Below are positions 32,222-41,752 of a stretch of DNA of 64,000 nt, in pieces. Location: positions 192,754-256,753 of the forward strand of contig CANSJQ010000002.1 in the NCBI GenBank assembly GCA_947647275.1, in the 5' to 3' direction. Positions within the stretch are counted from its first letter, which is position 1. Every line of letters begins with the position of its first letter. The notes beneath the pieces were generated by a model. It did no database searches, was not told the origin of the DNA, and was given only the letters and a program-made list of their open reading frames with translations. The DNA is from an uncultured Clostridiaceae bacterium. GTDB taxonomy: Bacteria > Bacillota > Clostridia > TANB77 > CAG-508. Both the position numbers and the translations under genes were made by a program.

Positions 32222-33847
32222 TCAATCAGTTTCTATTATATTTTCTTCTTGGCTTTTTATTTGTGTGCTTGCTTGACTTTTAACTTTTTTGGTACCTCTT
32301 CTTATTACTTTTTCTAAACTACTATATGTGTCTGAAGATAATAAACTTTTACTTATTACTGCTCCATTTTGTTTTATTATTTTATAAGTTTCGCTTTTTA
32401 CTCCATTTGAACCATTTTGTTCTATTATTTCTACTCCTTCTTCTAAAGTATTATCATTTATATAGTTTGTTTTATAAGGAATAGTTTCTAATGTTTTTGT
32501 TTGTAATTCTACTTCATATTCTTTTTCTTCTTGCATTCCATGTATACTTACTCTTACAATTCCATTTGACACATTACTTACTATTTTTATTGGGTAATTT
32601 CTTGTATTTTTAAAACAAAAGTCTATTGTCCCCCAAGAAACTGTTGCATCTCTTCCTGCTTGAACATATGAAGTTAAAAATCTATGATTTGTTCTACTTG
32701 TTATTTCTAAGTTTGCATATAATACTGCATTATATAAAGTTGAAGATAATTGGCAAATTCCTCCACCTATTCCTTGAACTACTTTTCCTCCTGAATATAT
32801 TGCTGCTTCTTTATATCCTGCCGAAATAGTTCTTTCTCCAACTATTTTGTTATATGAAAATAGTTCTCCTGGCAATACTATTGTTCCATTAACTTTTTCT
32901 GAAGAAAGCTCTAAATTTGTACTCCTATTTTTATTTGTCACATCATACCTAGTAGTAAATTCTGCTAGTTTATTTGGGAATGCTTGCCCTGCTATTGATT
33001 CTAAAGTTACTTCTGGAATTGTTATTTTTAAAGGTATTATATATTCTTCCTTTTCATCTTGTAATATTTTATTTATTTCATCAGCCGATATTGCAAAATC
33101 AATTCCATTTATATGTGCATATACTTTCGTTGGATTTGTAGTTATATATGCATCTTTAGGTTCTTTAAATATTTCATTATGTATTTTATTAATGTCTATT
33201 TCTTCTATTTTTGCTTGTTTTATAGGTATTGTTATATTTTTTTCTGTAGATTTTACTGCTTCTTTTATTAGCTTATTTGTCTTTTCTTTTTCAGCTATTA
33301 TGCCGTCTTTCCCTCTTTTAATTATTAACTCTTCTTTCTCAATATAATAATTATTTTCTATTAATGTTCCTGGAAGCTTTTTACTTATTTCTTCTATTTT
33401 TTTATTTAATTTTTCTTCATTATAATTTATATTTACTTCTAATTTTTTTTGAAATAATAAAGTAAATAGTATATCATAGTTATCTTTTACAATATTTCCG
33501 CTTCTTCCTATTTTTAAAGCTTGTTCTACCACTTTATCTATATTTTTATTTATTTCTATTTCTTCTACATTAATTGTTTCTTCTAAATCTTGATAATACA
33601 AATTAATACTTTTAAGTACTATTTCATTATACCATTCATTTAATTTTTCGTTTACTTGCTCTTTACTTAAATTAGATACATCTATTCCTTCTATTTTTAT
33701 ACCATGAATTATTTTATCATTTCCCATATTTACTAATGAAAATATAACAGAAATAAAAATAATTATTGCAAATATTATACTACAAGTTAATATTATTATT
33801 TTATTATTTGTTGACGAAAATTTTCTTTTGTTTCTTCTATTCCTCAT
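32222..33847 (-). CDS. VanW family protein with PG-binding and G5 domains
   Basis: GIGGGICQLSSTLYNA, GRDATV; C-terminal G5. Confidence 0.92.
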   Translation of the reverse strand: MRNRRNKRKFSSTNNKIIILTCSIIFAIIIFISVIFSLVNMGNDKIIHGIKIEGIDVSNLSKEQVNEKLNEWYNEIVLKSINLYYQDLEETINVEEIEINKNIDKVVEQALKIGRSGNIVKDNYDILFTLLFQKKLEVNINYNEEKLNKKIEEISKKLPGTLIENNYYIEKEELIIKRGKDGIIAEKEKTNKLIKEAVKSTEKNITIPIKQAKIEEIDINKIHNEIFKEPKDAYITTNPTKVYAHINGIDFAISADEINKILQDEKEEYIIPLKITIPEVTLESIAGQAFPNKLAEFTTRYDVTNKNRSTNLELSSEKVNGTIVLPGELFSYNKIVGERTISAGYKEAAIYSGGKVVQGIGGGICQLSSTLYNAVLYANLEITSRTNHRFLTSYVQAGRDATVSWGTIDFCFKNTRNYPIKIVSNVSNGIVRVSIHGMQEEKEYEVELQTKTLETIPYKTNYINDNTLEEGVEIIEQNGSNGVKSETYKIIKQNGAVISKSLLSSDTYSSLEKVIRRGTKKVKSQASTQIKSQEENIIETD

Positions 33848-34094
33848 CTTTCCTCCCCAAATTCCATTAATTTGTATTATTTACTCTTTATTACATTATC
33901 TTAAACATAATTTTCTAATTATAACATACATTAAATTTTAAATTTGTAATTTTTACTTTTATCTATCTTAATATTAACATATACTTAATATTTTTACAAT
34001 ATTACTATTTTTTAATTTTATCATTTTACTTATAGACAATTTTTGTTTTTTGCTGTATAATTTTCGTAAATTATGATGAAAGAGGTAAATAAAT

Positions 34095-34670
34095 ATGTTA
34101 GGTGGTATGATTTCAAAAATACGTACTAATAAACAAATGACAAAGGTTGAACTAGCTAAAAAAACAAAAATAAATATTGGTCATTTGACCCACATAGAAA
34201 AAGGTGAAAGAAACCCAAGTCATAAAGCTTTAAAAACTATATGTAAAGCACTTGCCATTCCTTATCAAACAATGATGTATATGTATGATAAAGAAATTAC
34301 TAAAGAACATGAAAGATACAAAGTTCTTAATCATATCCCTTATAATAAAATAATTGCTGTAAATTCTATAAGTGATTTTATTGAATGTCCCGCAAATATT
34401 TCTAATGCTTCTATTGCCTTTAAAATGATTGATGATTCAATGGAGCCAAAACTCCCAAAGGATTCCTATGTTTTTTTAGAGTTAAATACTCCTTTAGATA
34501 ATAGAAATTTTGGATTATTTATATATAATGGTCAATACCTTGTTAGAAGGTTTATTATTAGGCAAGATAAACTTATTTTAAGAGCCGAAAATAAAGATTA
34601 TCCAGAAATTGATTTATCTGAAAATGATGATTTTACTATTATTGGTAAGGTTATAACAGATCATGTATAA
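34095..34670 (+). CDS. XRE HTH + peptidase S24-like repressor
   Basis: N-terminal HTH (IEKGERNPS); DDSMEP. Confidence 0.85.
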   Translation: MLGGMISKIRTNKQMTKVELAKKTKINIGHLTHIEKGERNPSHKALKTICKALAIPYQTMMYMYDKEITKEHERYKVLNHIPYNKIIAVNSISDFIECPANISNASIAFKMIDDSMEPKLPKDSYVFLELNTPLDNRNFGLFIYNGQYLVRRFIIRQDKLILRAENKDYPEIDLSENDDFTIIGKVITDHV

Positions 34671-34788
34671 ATATTTGTATACAAAAAATTACATTTTTTT
34701 ACTTTTTTTAATAAAAAGTACTTGAATATTATATTTTTTAATAATATAATACTTTTGCAAAAGATAAAATTAAGGAGAATTACTAAAA

Positions 34789-35262
34789 ATGGAATTAGTT
34801 AAAAATATATTTTTTAATACAGATAAAATTGTTGAAAATTCAAAATTAAAAATTTCTTACGTTGGAGATTTATATCAAAATAACTCTGAACAAGTATTTT
34901 TACATTATGGGTTTGGTCTTCAATGGGATGATGTTACAGATGTAAAAATGGAAAAAACAGAACTTGGTTTTCAATGTGAAATAGATATAAAAGAATACGA
35001 ATCTTTAAACCTTTGCTTTAGAAATTCTAATAATGAATGGGATAATAATAATGGAGAAAATTATATTTTCAATATTGAAAAAATAAGTAAAGAAGATGAA
35101 AATCTAGCCTTGATAGTAGCTGAAGATAGTGAAATGCAGATTCACAAAGGTTTAAGAAAATCATATATATGGAGCAAAAAAGTAAAACTTGCAGTATATA
35201 AAATAATAAAATTCTTCCCTAAAATAATTTCTGGAAATTATAAGAGAAGAGTTAGTGAATAG
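34789..35262 (+). CDS. Starch-binding CBM (CBM25/26-like) protein
   Basis: FLHYGFG..W...LNLCFRN...EWDNNNGENY. Confidence 0.75.
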   Translation: MELVKNIFFNTDKIVENSKLKISYVGDLYQNNSEQVFLHYGFGLQWDDVTDVKMEKTELGFQCEIDIKEYESLNLCFRNSNNEWDNNNGENYIFNIEKISKEDENLALIVAEDSEMQIHKGLRKSYIWSKKVKLAVYKIIKFFPKIISGNYKRRVSE

Positions 35263-35318
35263 ATTAAAATATTGAAAAGTGTAATATTTCACCTTTCAAT
35301 ATTTTTTATAATCTTTAT

Positions 35319-36095
35319 TTAATTTTTTGTATACTCAACTATTACGATATAGTCAAAATTTTTTATATTACTTATTTTATTTACTATATTTACTGATCCT
35401 CCAGATATATACCAAGAAAAGTAATAAGATGCACTATCACTTCTAGCTGTTTCTATTGATTTATTATTATTATAAGAATGATATACTTCCGCTCTACAAA
35501 TTGCATCCATATCTTGAATATCTAATGGCCCATGGAATATGTCATCATTATACGTTAAATTTTCAAAAACTACTACTTTTCTATAAAGTGGCTTTCCATT
35601 TATCCACGTACCAATAACTTGTTCAGAAGTAGAATATTTAGAATCTAATGATGGCAAGTTTTCATTAGATACAGATGTACCATCAATACTAGCTAATTGT
35701 AACTGTCCATTTATTTCAAATTCATAAGGATATTCATTTAATTTTGTAAATATAGAACTTGGATTTTCTCCTACCTCATATTTAGTACTTGCTATTTGAC
35801 TTTTTTCAGTCACATATTGAATTTCGCTATCATCTTTTAATATTTCAGATAATTCTTTTAAAGTCGGCATTACTTGTTTTTCAACATATTTATTAATTTG
35901 TGCTGTTGTTATTTTTAAATTAATTTTTTCAGTTGCAGTTTGTTTATTCGTTAACTCTTTTGCTTGTTTTGTTCTTATAAATATTCCATTATTTCCTAGA
36001 CTTAAATATATTCCTACACTTGCTATTATTATTAATACTATTATTGTTATTACAAGTGAAATTAATGTTATCCCTTTATTTTCTTTTATTTCCAT
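35319..36095 (-). CDS. Type IV pilin-like protein, paralog of 11263..12003
   Basis: KG|ITLISLVITIIVLIIIASV; highly similar to the first pilin up to LQLASIDG. Confidence 0.85.
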   Translation of the reverse strand: MEIKENKGITLISLVITIIVLIIIASVGIYLSLGNNGIFIRTKQAKELTNKQTATEKINLKITTAQINKYVEKQVMPTLKELSEILKDDSEIQYVTEKSQIASTKYEVGENPSSIFTKLNEYPYEFEINGQLQLASIDGTSVSNENLPSLDSKYSTSEQVIGTWINGKPLYRKVVVFENLTYNDDIFHGPLDIQDMDAICRAEVYHSYNNNKSIETARSDSASYYFSWYISGGSVNIVNKISNIKNFDYIVIVEYTKN

Positions 36096-36242
36096 TGATC
36101 TCTTCTCCTGTTTTTATATTTTTAGTCATTATATATTATTATATTCACTTTTTCAATGTATTTTATATTATATTTTTACTTGTTTATTTTATTTATTTTT
36201 TTCTTTAAAATAATATTATAATAAATAATAAGGAGATATATT

Positions 36243-36410
36243 ATGGCTGAATTTAATATAAAAAAACGAATTGAATCTTATAATAAAACAATTCGTCTTC
36301 CAGAAAATATTATTACAAAAGTAGAACAAGTCGCTAATGAAAATAATATTAGTTTTAATAGAGTTATTTTAGAAATGATTGAATTTTCTTTAGATAATAT
36401 GAAAAAGTAG
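36243..36410 (+). CDS. Small Arc/RHH-like DNA-binding protein (55 aa, not in the ORF track)
   Basis: AGGAG RBS; MAEFNIKKRIESYNKTIRLPENIITKVEQVANENNISFNRVILEMIEFSLDNMKK. Confidence 0.75.
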   Translation: MAEFNIKKRIESYNKTIRLPENIITKVEQVANENNISFNRVILEMIEFSLDNMKK

Positions 36411-36455
36411 AAATCACTTTTACTTTCTACTTTTTCTACTATTACTCTTCACTAT

Positions 36456-37184
36456 TTAGATATTCCATCCACCATTTATAGATATTACTTGTCCTGTTGT
36501 ATATTCATCTTCTATAATCCATTTTACACATCTTGCTATATCTTGTGTTTTTCCTATTTTACAAAGCGGTATTTCTTCTTCTATTTCTTTTATTTCTTTA
36601 TCACTTAAGTGTTTATTCATATCTGTATCTATTATCCCTGGTGCTATACTATTTACTCGTATTCCTGATGGACCTAGTTCTTTTGCTAATGCCTTACTTA
36701 AAGCATCTACACCAGCTTTAGCTACACTATAATGTACTTCACAAGAAGCCCCTGTTATTCCCCATATAGATGAAATATTTATAATACATCCTTTTTTATT
36801 ATGTATCATATTTGGTACTACTTCTTGACACATATAAAATGCTGAATTTAAATTTGTACTAATCATGTTTTGCCAATCTTCTTCTGTAATATCTGTAAAT
36901 AACTTTGTTTGAGATATTCCGCTATTGTTTACTAATACATCTATATTTTTAAATTTTTCTATTGTAAATTCTACTAATTTTTTTACTTCTTCTCTTTTTG
37001 AAACATCTGCCTTGAAAGTTTCCACATTATACCCTTTACTTGTGAATTCTTCTTTCATTTTTTTAGCCATTTCTTCAGACTTATTGTAATTTATAACTAC
37101 ATTATAACCTTCTTTTACTAATATATCTACAATTGCAGCTCCAATCCCTCTTGAGCTACCTGTTACTATTGCTGTTTTATTCAT
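36456..37184 (-). CDS. SDR oxidoreductase (FabG/YmfI-like)
   Basis: TGSSRGIG, NNSG, YSVAK, VNSIAPG. Confidence 0.92.
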   Translation of the reverse strand: MNKTAIVTGSSRGIGAAIVDILVKEGYNVVINYNKSEEMAKKMKEEFTSKGYNVETFKADVSKREEVKKLVEFTIEKFKNIDVLVNNSGISQTKLFTDITEEDWQNMISTNLNSAFYMCQEVVPNMIHNKKGCIINISSIWGITGASCEVHYSVAKAGVDALSKALAKELGPSGIRVNSIAPGIIDTDMNKHLSDKEIKEIEEEIPLCKIGKTQDIARCVKWIIEDEYTTGQVISINGGWNI

Positions 37185-37196
37185 TTTTATACCACC

Positions 37197-37598
37197 TCAT
37201 TTATTATATTTATTTCTACTTTTTCTACCCTTATTTAAATTTGCTCCTTTATATGTACTAGTTAATGAGTGACAATTTGGGCACAATAATATTAAATTTT
37301 CTTCATTATTATTTTTATAATTGCCATCAATATGTTCAATTTCTAATGGTATTCTATTTGTATATTTATTAATCTTTCCCCAACCACATCTAGCACATTT
37401 ATTATTATATTTATTATTATATTTATTAAACAGATATGTTTTTATATAAGAAGAAATTTGATATTCTCCTCTCATTCCATTAATTTGATTATTCTTCCAT
37501 TTATCTATATATTTTTTATATTGGTATTCTTTTTGACATTTATTAGAACAATATTTAGAACGTTTATTTATTTCTCTATTGCAATTTATGCAATTCAT
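37197..37598 (-). CDS. Free-standing HNH endonuclease
   Basis: CARCG...LEIEHIDGNYKNN..ENL.LLCPNCH; N-terminal CxxC/CSNKC. Confidence 0.9.
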   Translation of the reverse strand: MNCINCNREINKRSKYCSNKCQKEYQYKKYIDKWKNNQINGMRGEYQISSYIKTYLFNKYNNKYNNKCARCGWGKINKYTNRIPLEIEHIDGNYKNNNEENLILLCPNCHSLTSTYKGANLNKGRKSRNKYNK

Positions 37599-37758
37599 AA
37601 TAATCACCTTCTACTCTTATTTATTACTAATATATTTAAGGTATAGTAGTAACATTTCTAATAGGTATCCTCTTAAACAGTGTCCTGTACATATTTTCAC
37701 AATTTATTTTTAAAAACAAAAAACCAAGCAAGTTTTATAACAAGCCTGGTTTTAAGTA

Positions 37759-38076
37759 TGGAGCCACTTGCCCGAATCGAACGGGCGACCTACTGATTCA
37801 TACTACTATAATTTTCATTACCATATTTTTATGTTTGTAGTCTGGACTTTCTCTTTACCATAGCTTTTTTAGCTTTAGGTACACCGTATAAAGTCTCTAC
37901 ACTTAGGAATTTCTTCCCTAGCTCGGGATTAACATATATATAATATACTTAGTCTTCCCCGAATTAGCGGTGTCCACTTTATCCGTTTCCAGATAAAGGT
38001 GCAAAATAGTTCAAAATAGAAATTTCTTTCTATCTATTCCACAAGTCAGTTGCTCTACCATCTGAGCTAAAGTGGC
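37759..38076 (-). tRNA. tRNA-Thr (TGT) interrupted by an intron at 36/37 (exons 38076-38041 and 37798-37759)
   Basis: The joined exons give a complete 76-nt cloverleaf GCCACTT...ACTGA-CT-TGT|AA-TCAGT...AAGTGGC-T-CCA. Confidence 0.93.
37799..38040 (-). ncRNA. Group I self-splicing intron (242 nt, ORF-less)
   Basis: 5' exon ends in U, intron ends in G; P1 with U-G pair, P3 ACACCG/CGGTGT, P4 TCGGG/CCCGA, P7 AGAGACT/AAGAGAAAGTCC. Confidence 0.92.
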
Positions 38077-38087
38077 ATATAAGGTTT

Positions 38088-38162
38088 TGGTGACCCCTAC
38101 GGGAATCGAACCCATGTCTCCGCCGTGAAAGGGCGATGTCTTAACCGCTTGACCAAGGGGCC
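38088..38162 (-). tRNA. tRNA-Glu (TTC)
   Basis: Cloverleaf with CT-TTC-AC loop, CCA end. Confidence 0.96.
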
Positions 38163-38199
38163 TTATATGTAGGATTTAGTGCTTATAAACTAAATCCAT

Positions 38200-38275
38200 T
38201 GGTGAGCCATCGCGGATTCGAACCGCGGACAACTTGATTAAAAGTCAAGTGCTCTACCACCTGAGCTAATGACCC
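38200..38275 (-). tRNA. tRNA-Lys (TTT)
   Basis: Cloverleaf with CT-TTT-AA loop, CCA end. Confidence 0.96.
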
Positions 38276-38382
38276 AAGTAAGTCGCCACTTATGTGCGAC
38301 TGCCTATATATATTACTATATATTTTTCTATTTGTCAACGTATTTTTTAAAATTTGTCAAATTTTCTTCTATTTTTTTATTC

Positions 38383-38479
38383 GTGACAATGGGACGGAGT
38401 TTTTGTCACTAGTATTTTATAGAATTATTATATTAAAATCTTTGAAAGTATAGTGACAAAAACTCCGTCCCATTGTCAC
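38383..38479. repeat. Perfect 29-bp inverted repeat pair (REP/REPIN-like)
   Basis: GTGACAATGGGACGGAGTTTTTGTCACTA at 38383-38411 and its reverse complement at 38451-38479. Confidence 0.85.
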
Positions 38480-39264
38480 TCTTTAACTGGAATGAAATTT
38501 TTAGCAAATTTATATTTTCCTCTAGTTTTAATATATATGTATCCTATAAAACTATACACAATTGCACCAATAAAATTTACAAATAAATCTTTCATTGTAT
38601 CTATAATACCAATATCTAAATATCCATTTTCTATTGTTGTAATAGTCCCATCTTTTGAATAAATTTCAGTTTTCTCTATATCATTTATTTTTATAGGAAT
38701 ATTTTCTCCACTTGTATTTAATTCTACTGAGGAAATCCTTTGTACTATTCTATCTTTTTGCATATCTAATTTTAATACATTATCTGCTGTAAATTCGTAA
38801 AACTCCCATAATACACCTATTGTCATTGAGAAGCAAAATGCTATTATTGCAACATATAATGGTGATAAATTTATTTTTTGGCCACTTTCATTTAGTATAT
38901 CAACTAAAGAAAATCCTATTCCTGCACATATAAATCCATTTAATGTATGTAACATTGTATCCCAAAAAGGAATAATTCCATAAAAATTATTTATTTCCCC
39001 TAATATAGCACTTGAAAAAATAAACAAATATATTATTGTTTCTAATAAACTTGGTATTCCTATTTTAAACTTTTCTGATATTATCGTTGGCAATGTAAAA
39101 AGTATTAATGCTAATACACACATTAAAGCATTACTTATATTTCCTAGTACTATTTGAAATACCATACTAATTATAACTAATAATCTTAATATTAAATAAA
39201 CTATTATTGATTTTTTATTTGTTTCATTATACTTTTCTCTCATTTTTTTCGAAAATTTCCCCAT
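38476..39264 (-). CDS. Polytopic membrane protein
   Basis: WDTMLHTLNG, GVLWEFYEF..D and DTMKDL motifs of a conserved membrane family. Confidence 0.8.
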   Translation of the reverse strand: MGKFSKKMREKYNETNKKSIIVYLILRLLVIISMVFQIVLGNISNALMCVLALILFTLPTIISEKFKIGIPSLLETIIYLFIFSSAILGEINNFYGIIPFWDTMLHTLNGFICAGIGFSLVDILNESGQKINLSPLYVAIIAFCFSMTIGVLWEFYEFTADNVLKLDMQKDRIVQRISSVELNTSGENIPIKINDIEKTEIYSKDGTITTIENGYLDIGIIDTMKDLFVNFIGAIVYSFIGYIYIKTRGKYKFAKNFIPVKE

Positions 39265-39344
39265 ATTTTTCCCCTTATTACTATATTTTTTATAATATTA
39301 TCATAAAAAGCAAGTAATTATCAATTAATTCTTGCCTTTATTTC

Positions 39345-39530
39345 TTATTTATTTAATTTTTGTAATAGTTCTTCTACATCTATTCCATGTACATCACATG
39401 CTTCTTCTATTGTTTCTGCTTGTGAAGCTGGGCATCCTAAACAATGCATTCCTATTTCTAATAATATGTCTGCCTTTTCAGGTGCTACTTCTAATATTTC
39501 ACCTATTGTTGTTGTTCTTTCAAACTTCAT
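39345..39530 (-). CDS. DUF1858 (redox disulfide) small protein
   Basis: GMHCLGCPASQAETIEEACDVHGID. Confidence 0.9.
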   Translation of the reverse strand: MKFERTTTIGEILEVAPEKADILLEIGMHCLGCPASQAETIEEACDVHGIDVEELLQKLNK

Positions 39531-39657
39531 TTTTATTTTCCTCCTTTTTCATACATATCACATTTTGTCGTATTTTTATAACCTTTGTCATTTTAACATA
39601 AATTTCAAAAAAAGTATAGACATTTTTTAAAATATATTGTATTATGTTTCCTATAAA

Positions 39658-39828
39658 GTTACAATTTATAAATTTTATCTCTACACTAGCACAAAGTAAG
39701 TAATATGTTTTATTTTTGTAATGTAGTCCCAACAGCCTTTGAGGAGGGGGAATACCCGTGAACTCGAAGGGCGAAATGGGAAAAATAAAATATATTAATT
39801 GCTTAGGATTGGATTTTAAATTGTAACC
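39658..39828 (+). ncRNA. Candidate structured RNA/leader upstream of the virD4-like operon
   Basis: Closing stem GTTACAATTTA/TAAATTGTAAC, long inner stem, GC-rich apical domain. Confidence 0.5.
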
Positions 39829-39840
39829 ATACAAAGGAGA

Positions 39841-39999
39841 GTGATACTTATAAATGTGCTATTAAATACTTTTTTAATTATCTTTATTATTAATTTTTTT
39901 ATTACTTTTTATTCAATATATACTTTTTCTGAAATTTATATTTTCCATAACTTACAAGGTTCCAAATTAAATATTAAAAAAAATAATATTACTAATTAA
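39841..39999 (+). CDS. Small hydrophobic ORF (~50 aa) preceding the virD4-like gene
   Basis: AAAGGAGA RBS; VILINVLLNTFLIIFIINFFITFYSIY...; start codon uncertain. Confidence 0.4.
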   Translation: MILINVLLNTFLIIFIINFFITFYSIYTFSEIYIFHNLQGSKLNIKKNNITN

Positions 40000-40018
40000 A
40001 AGAAAAGGATTATCAGTT

Positions 40019-41752
40019 TTGCAAAAAATAAAAATTTTCATAGTTTCTTTAATATTCACTATTGTATCATTTTTAATTGCATTTATAATTTTTAAACCAA
40101 TTTTTTATTCTGATACAATAATATTTACATTTGCAATACATCCCTTTAATATTTGTGAGGAACAACCTTTTATTTGGAATATAATAAAATTTCTATTTGT
40201 TTTTGATTATTTATTTTCTAATTTTATTATTTTCAACTCAATTATTTCAAAAACATTTTCTAAAAAAATAAAAAATAAAATAAATATACAAAAAAATATT
40301 AGTAGTGAATTAAATATAAACATTGGTTTTAATTCTTCAAATACTCTTATAAAAATACCAGAAAAAAGTTTATATCAAAATATTTTAATAACTGGAACTA
40401 TTGGCACTGGCAAAACTTCAAGTGCTATGTACCCTTTTACTGAACAATTAATTGAATATAAAAGTAATACACTAGCGGAAAAATTAGGAATGCTTATTTT
40501 AGATGTAAAAGGAAACTATTATTCTAAAGTAAATGAGCTATGTTTAAAGTACAAAAGAGAAGATGATTTAATTATCATAGATTTAAGTGGTAATATAAAA
40601 TATAATCCATTAGATAAACCACATTTAAATGCATCTGTTTTAGCAGATAGGTTAAAAACTATTTTATTATTATTTTCACCTAATAATAGTGAGGATTTTT
40701 GGTTAGATAAAGTATCTCAAATTTTAACTGAAAGTATAAAGCTATGTAGACTTTACAACAATGGATATGTTACTTTTGAAGAATTACATAATTTAATATT
40801 TTTCAAAGATTATTATTTAGAAAAAGTACAATTATTAAAAGATTTATTTATAAAAAATACATTTTCTAATGAGCAAATATATAATTTACTTTCTAGTTTG
40901 AATTTCTTTGAAAAAGAATATTATTCCTTAGATGATAGAACTATATCTATTTTAAAATCTGAAGTAAGTAGAATTACAAATTTATTTATTTCTGACTATA
41001 AAGTAAAAAACACTTTTTGCCCTAGAAAAGAAGATATTAATTTTTTTGGATTTTCAGAAGTTATAGATAAAGGTAAAATAGTAGTTTTAAATATGAATAT
41101 TGCAAATTATAAAAATTTATCTAAATTAATAGCAACATATTTAAAATTAGATTTTCAAACTGATGTAATCTCTAGGTTAAATAATCCTAATTTCAATAAA
41201 AAAAGTAATTTTATAGATATATTTAATTCTACTTCAAATAGGCCAGTTTGCTTTATTAGTGATGAATACCAAGAATATGTAACTTTATCGGACAGTGCAT
41301 TTTTTGCACAAAGTAGAGAAGCTAAATGTATTAATATTGTATCTACTCAGAGCTATACTTCATTATTAAATACATTAAATAATGAAGCCTCTGTAAAAGT
41401 TATTATTCAAAATTTAGTTAATAAATTATGGTTTAGAAATGATGATATTTTTACAATAGAAGAAGCTCAAAAGCAAATTGGTAAAGAAGAAAAAAAGAAA
41501 ATATCTAAAACAATTTCTGAAAATGCCAAAGAAACAAATTATAATTATTTTTTTAATAATTTTTTATCTAGAAATTCTAATATATCAGAATCAATTAATT
41601 CATACTTTCAAACAGATTATATTTATGATATTAATTTTTTTACAAGAAATTTAGAAACCTTTTCGTGCCTAGCTTTTTTATCTGATGGCACAAATATATT
41701 AACGCCACAAAAATTAAAATTAATTCCATATTTTAAAGGAGGAAAAACATGA
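40019..41752 (+). CDS. VirD4/TraG-like type IV coupling ATPase
   Basis: Two N-terminal TMs; ILITGTIGTGKT; LILDVKG; YNPL; FISDEYQ; QSRE..C..IVSTQS. Confidence 0.85.
   Translation: MQKIKIFIVSLIFTIVSFLIAFIIFKPIFYSDTIIFTFAIHPFNICEEQPFIWNIIKFLFVFDYLFSNFIIFNSIISKTFSKKIKNKINIQKNISSELNINIGFNSSNTLIKIPEKSLYQNILITGTIGTGKTSSAMYPFTEQLIEYKSNTLAEKLGMLILDVKGNYYSKVNELCLKYKREDDLIIIDLSGNIKYNPLDKPHLNASVLADRLKTILLLFSPNNSEDFWLDKVSQILTESIKLCRLYNNGYVTFEELHNLIFFKDYYLEKVQLLKDLFIKNTFSNEQIYNLLSSLNFFEKEYYSLDDRTISILKSEVSRITNLFISDYKVKNTFCPRKEDINFFGFSEVIDKGKIVVLNMNIANYKNLSKLIATYLKLDFQTDVISRLNNPNFNKKSNFIDIFNSTSNRPVCFISDEYQEYVTLSDSAFFAQSREAKCINIVSTQSYTSLLNTLNNEASVKVIIQNLVNKLWFRNDDIFTIEEAQKQIGKEEKKKISKTISENAKETNYNYFFNNFLSRNSNISESINSYFQTDYIYDINFFTRNLETFSCLAFLSDGTNILTPQKLKLIPYFKGGKT

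Noticed and set aside
39520..39834. 104-aa minus-strand ORF
   Set aside because: No RBS; overlaps the structured element and the DUF1858 promoter region.
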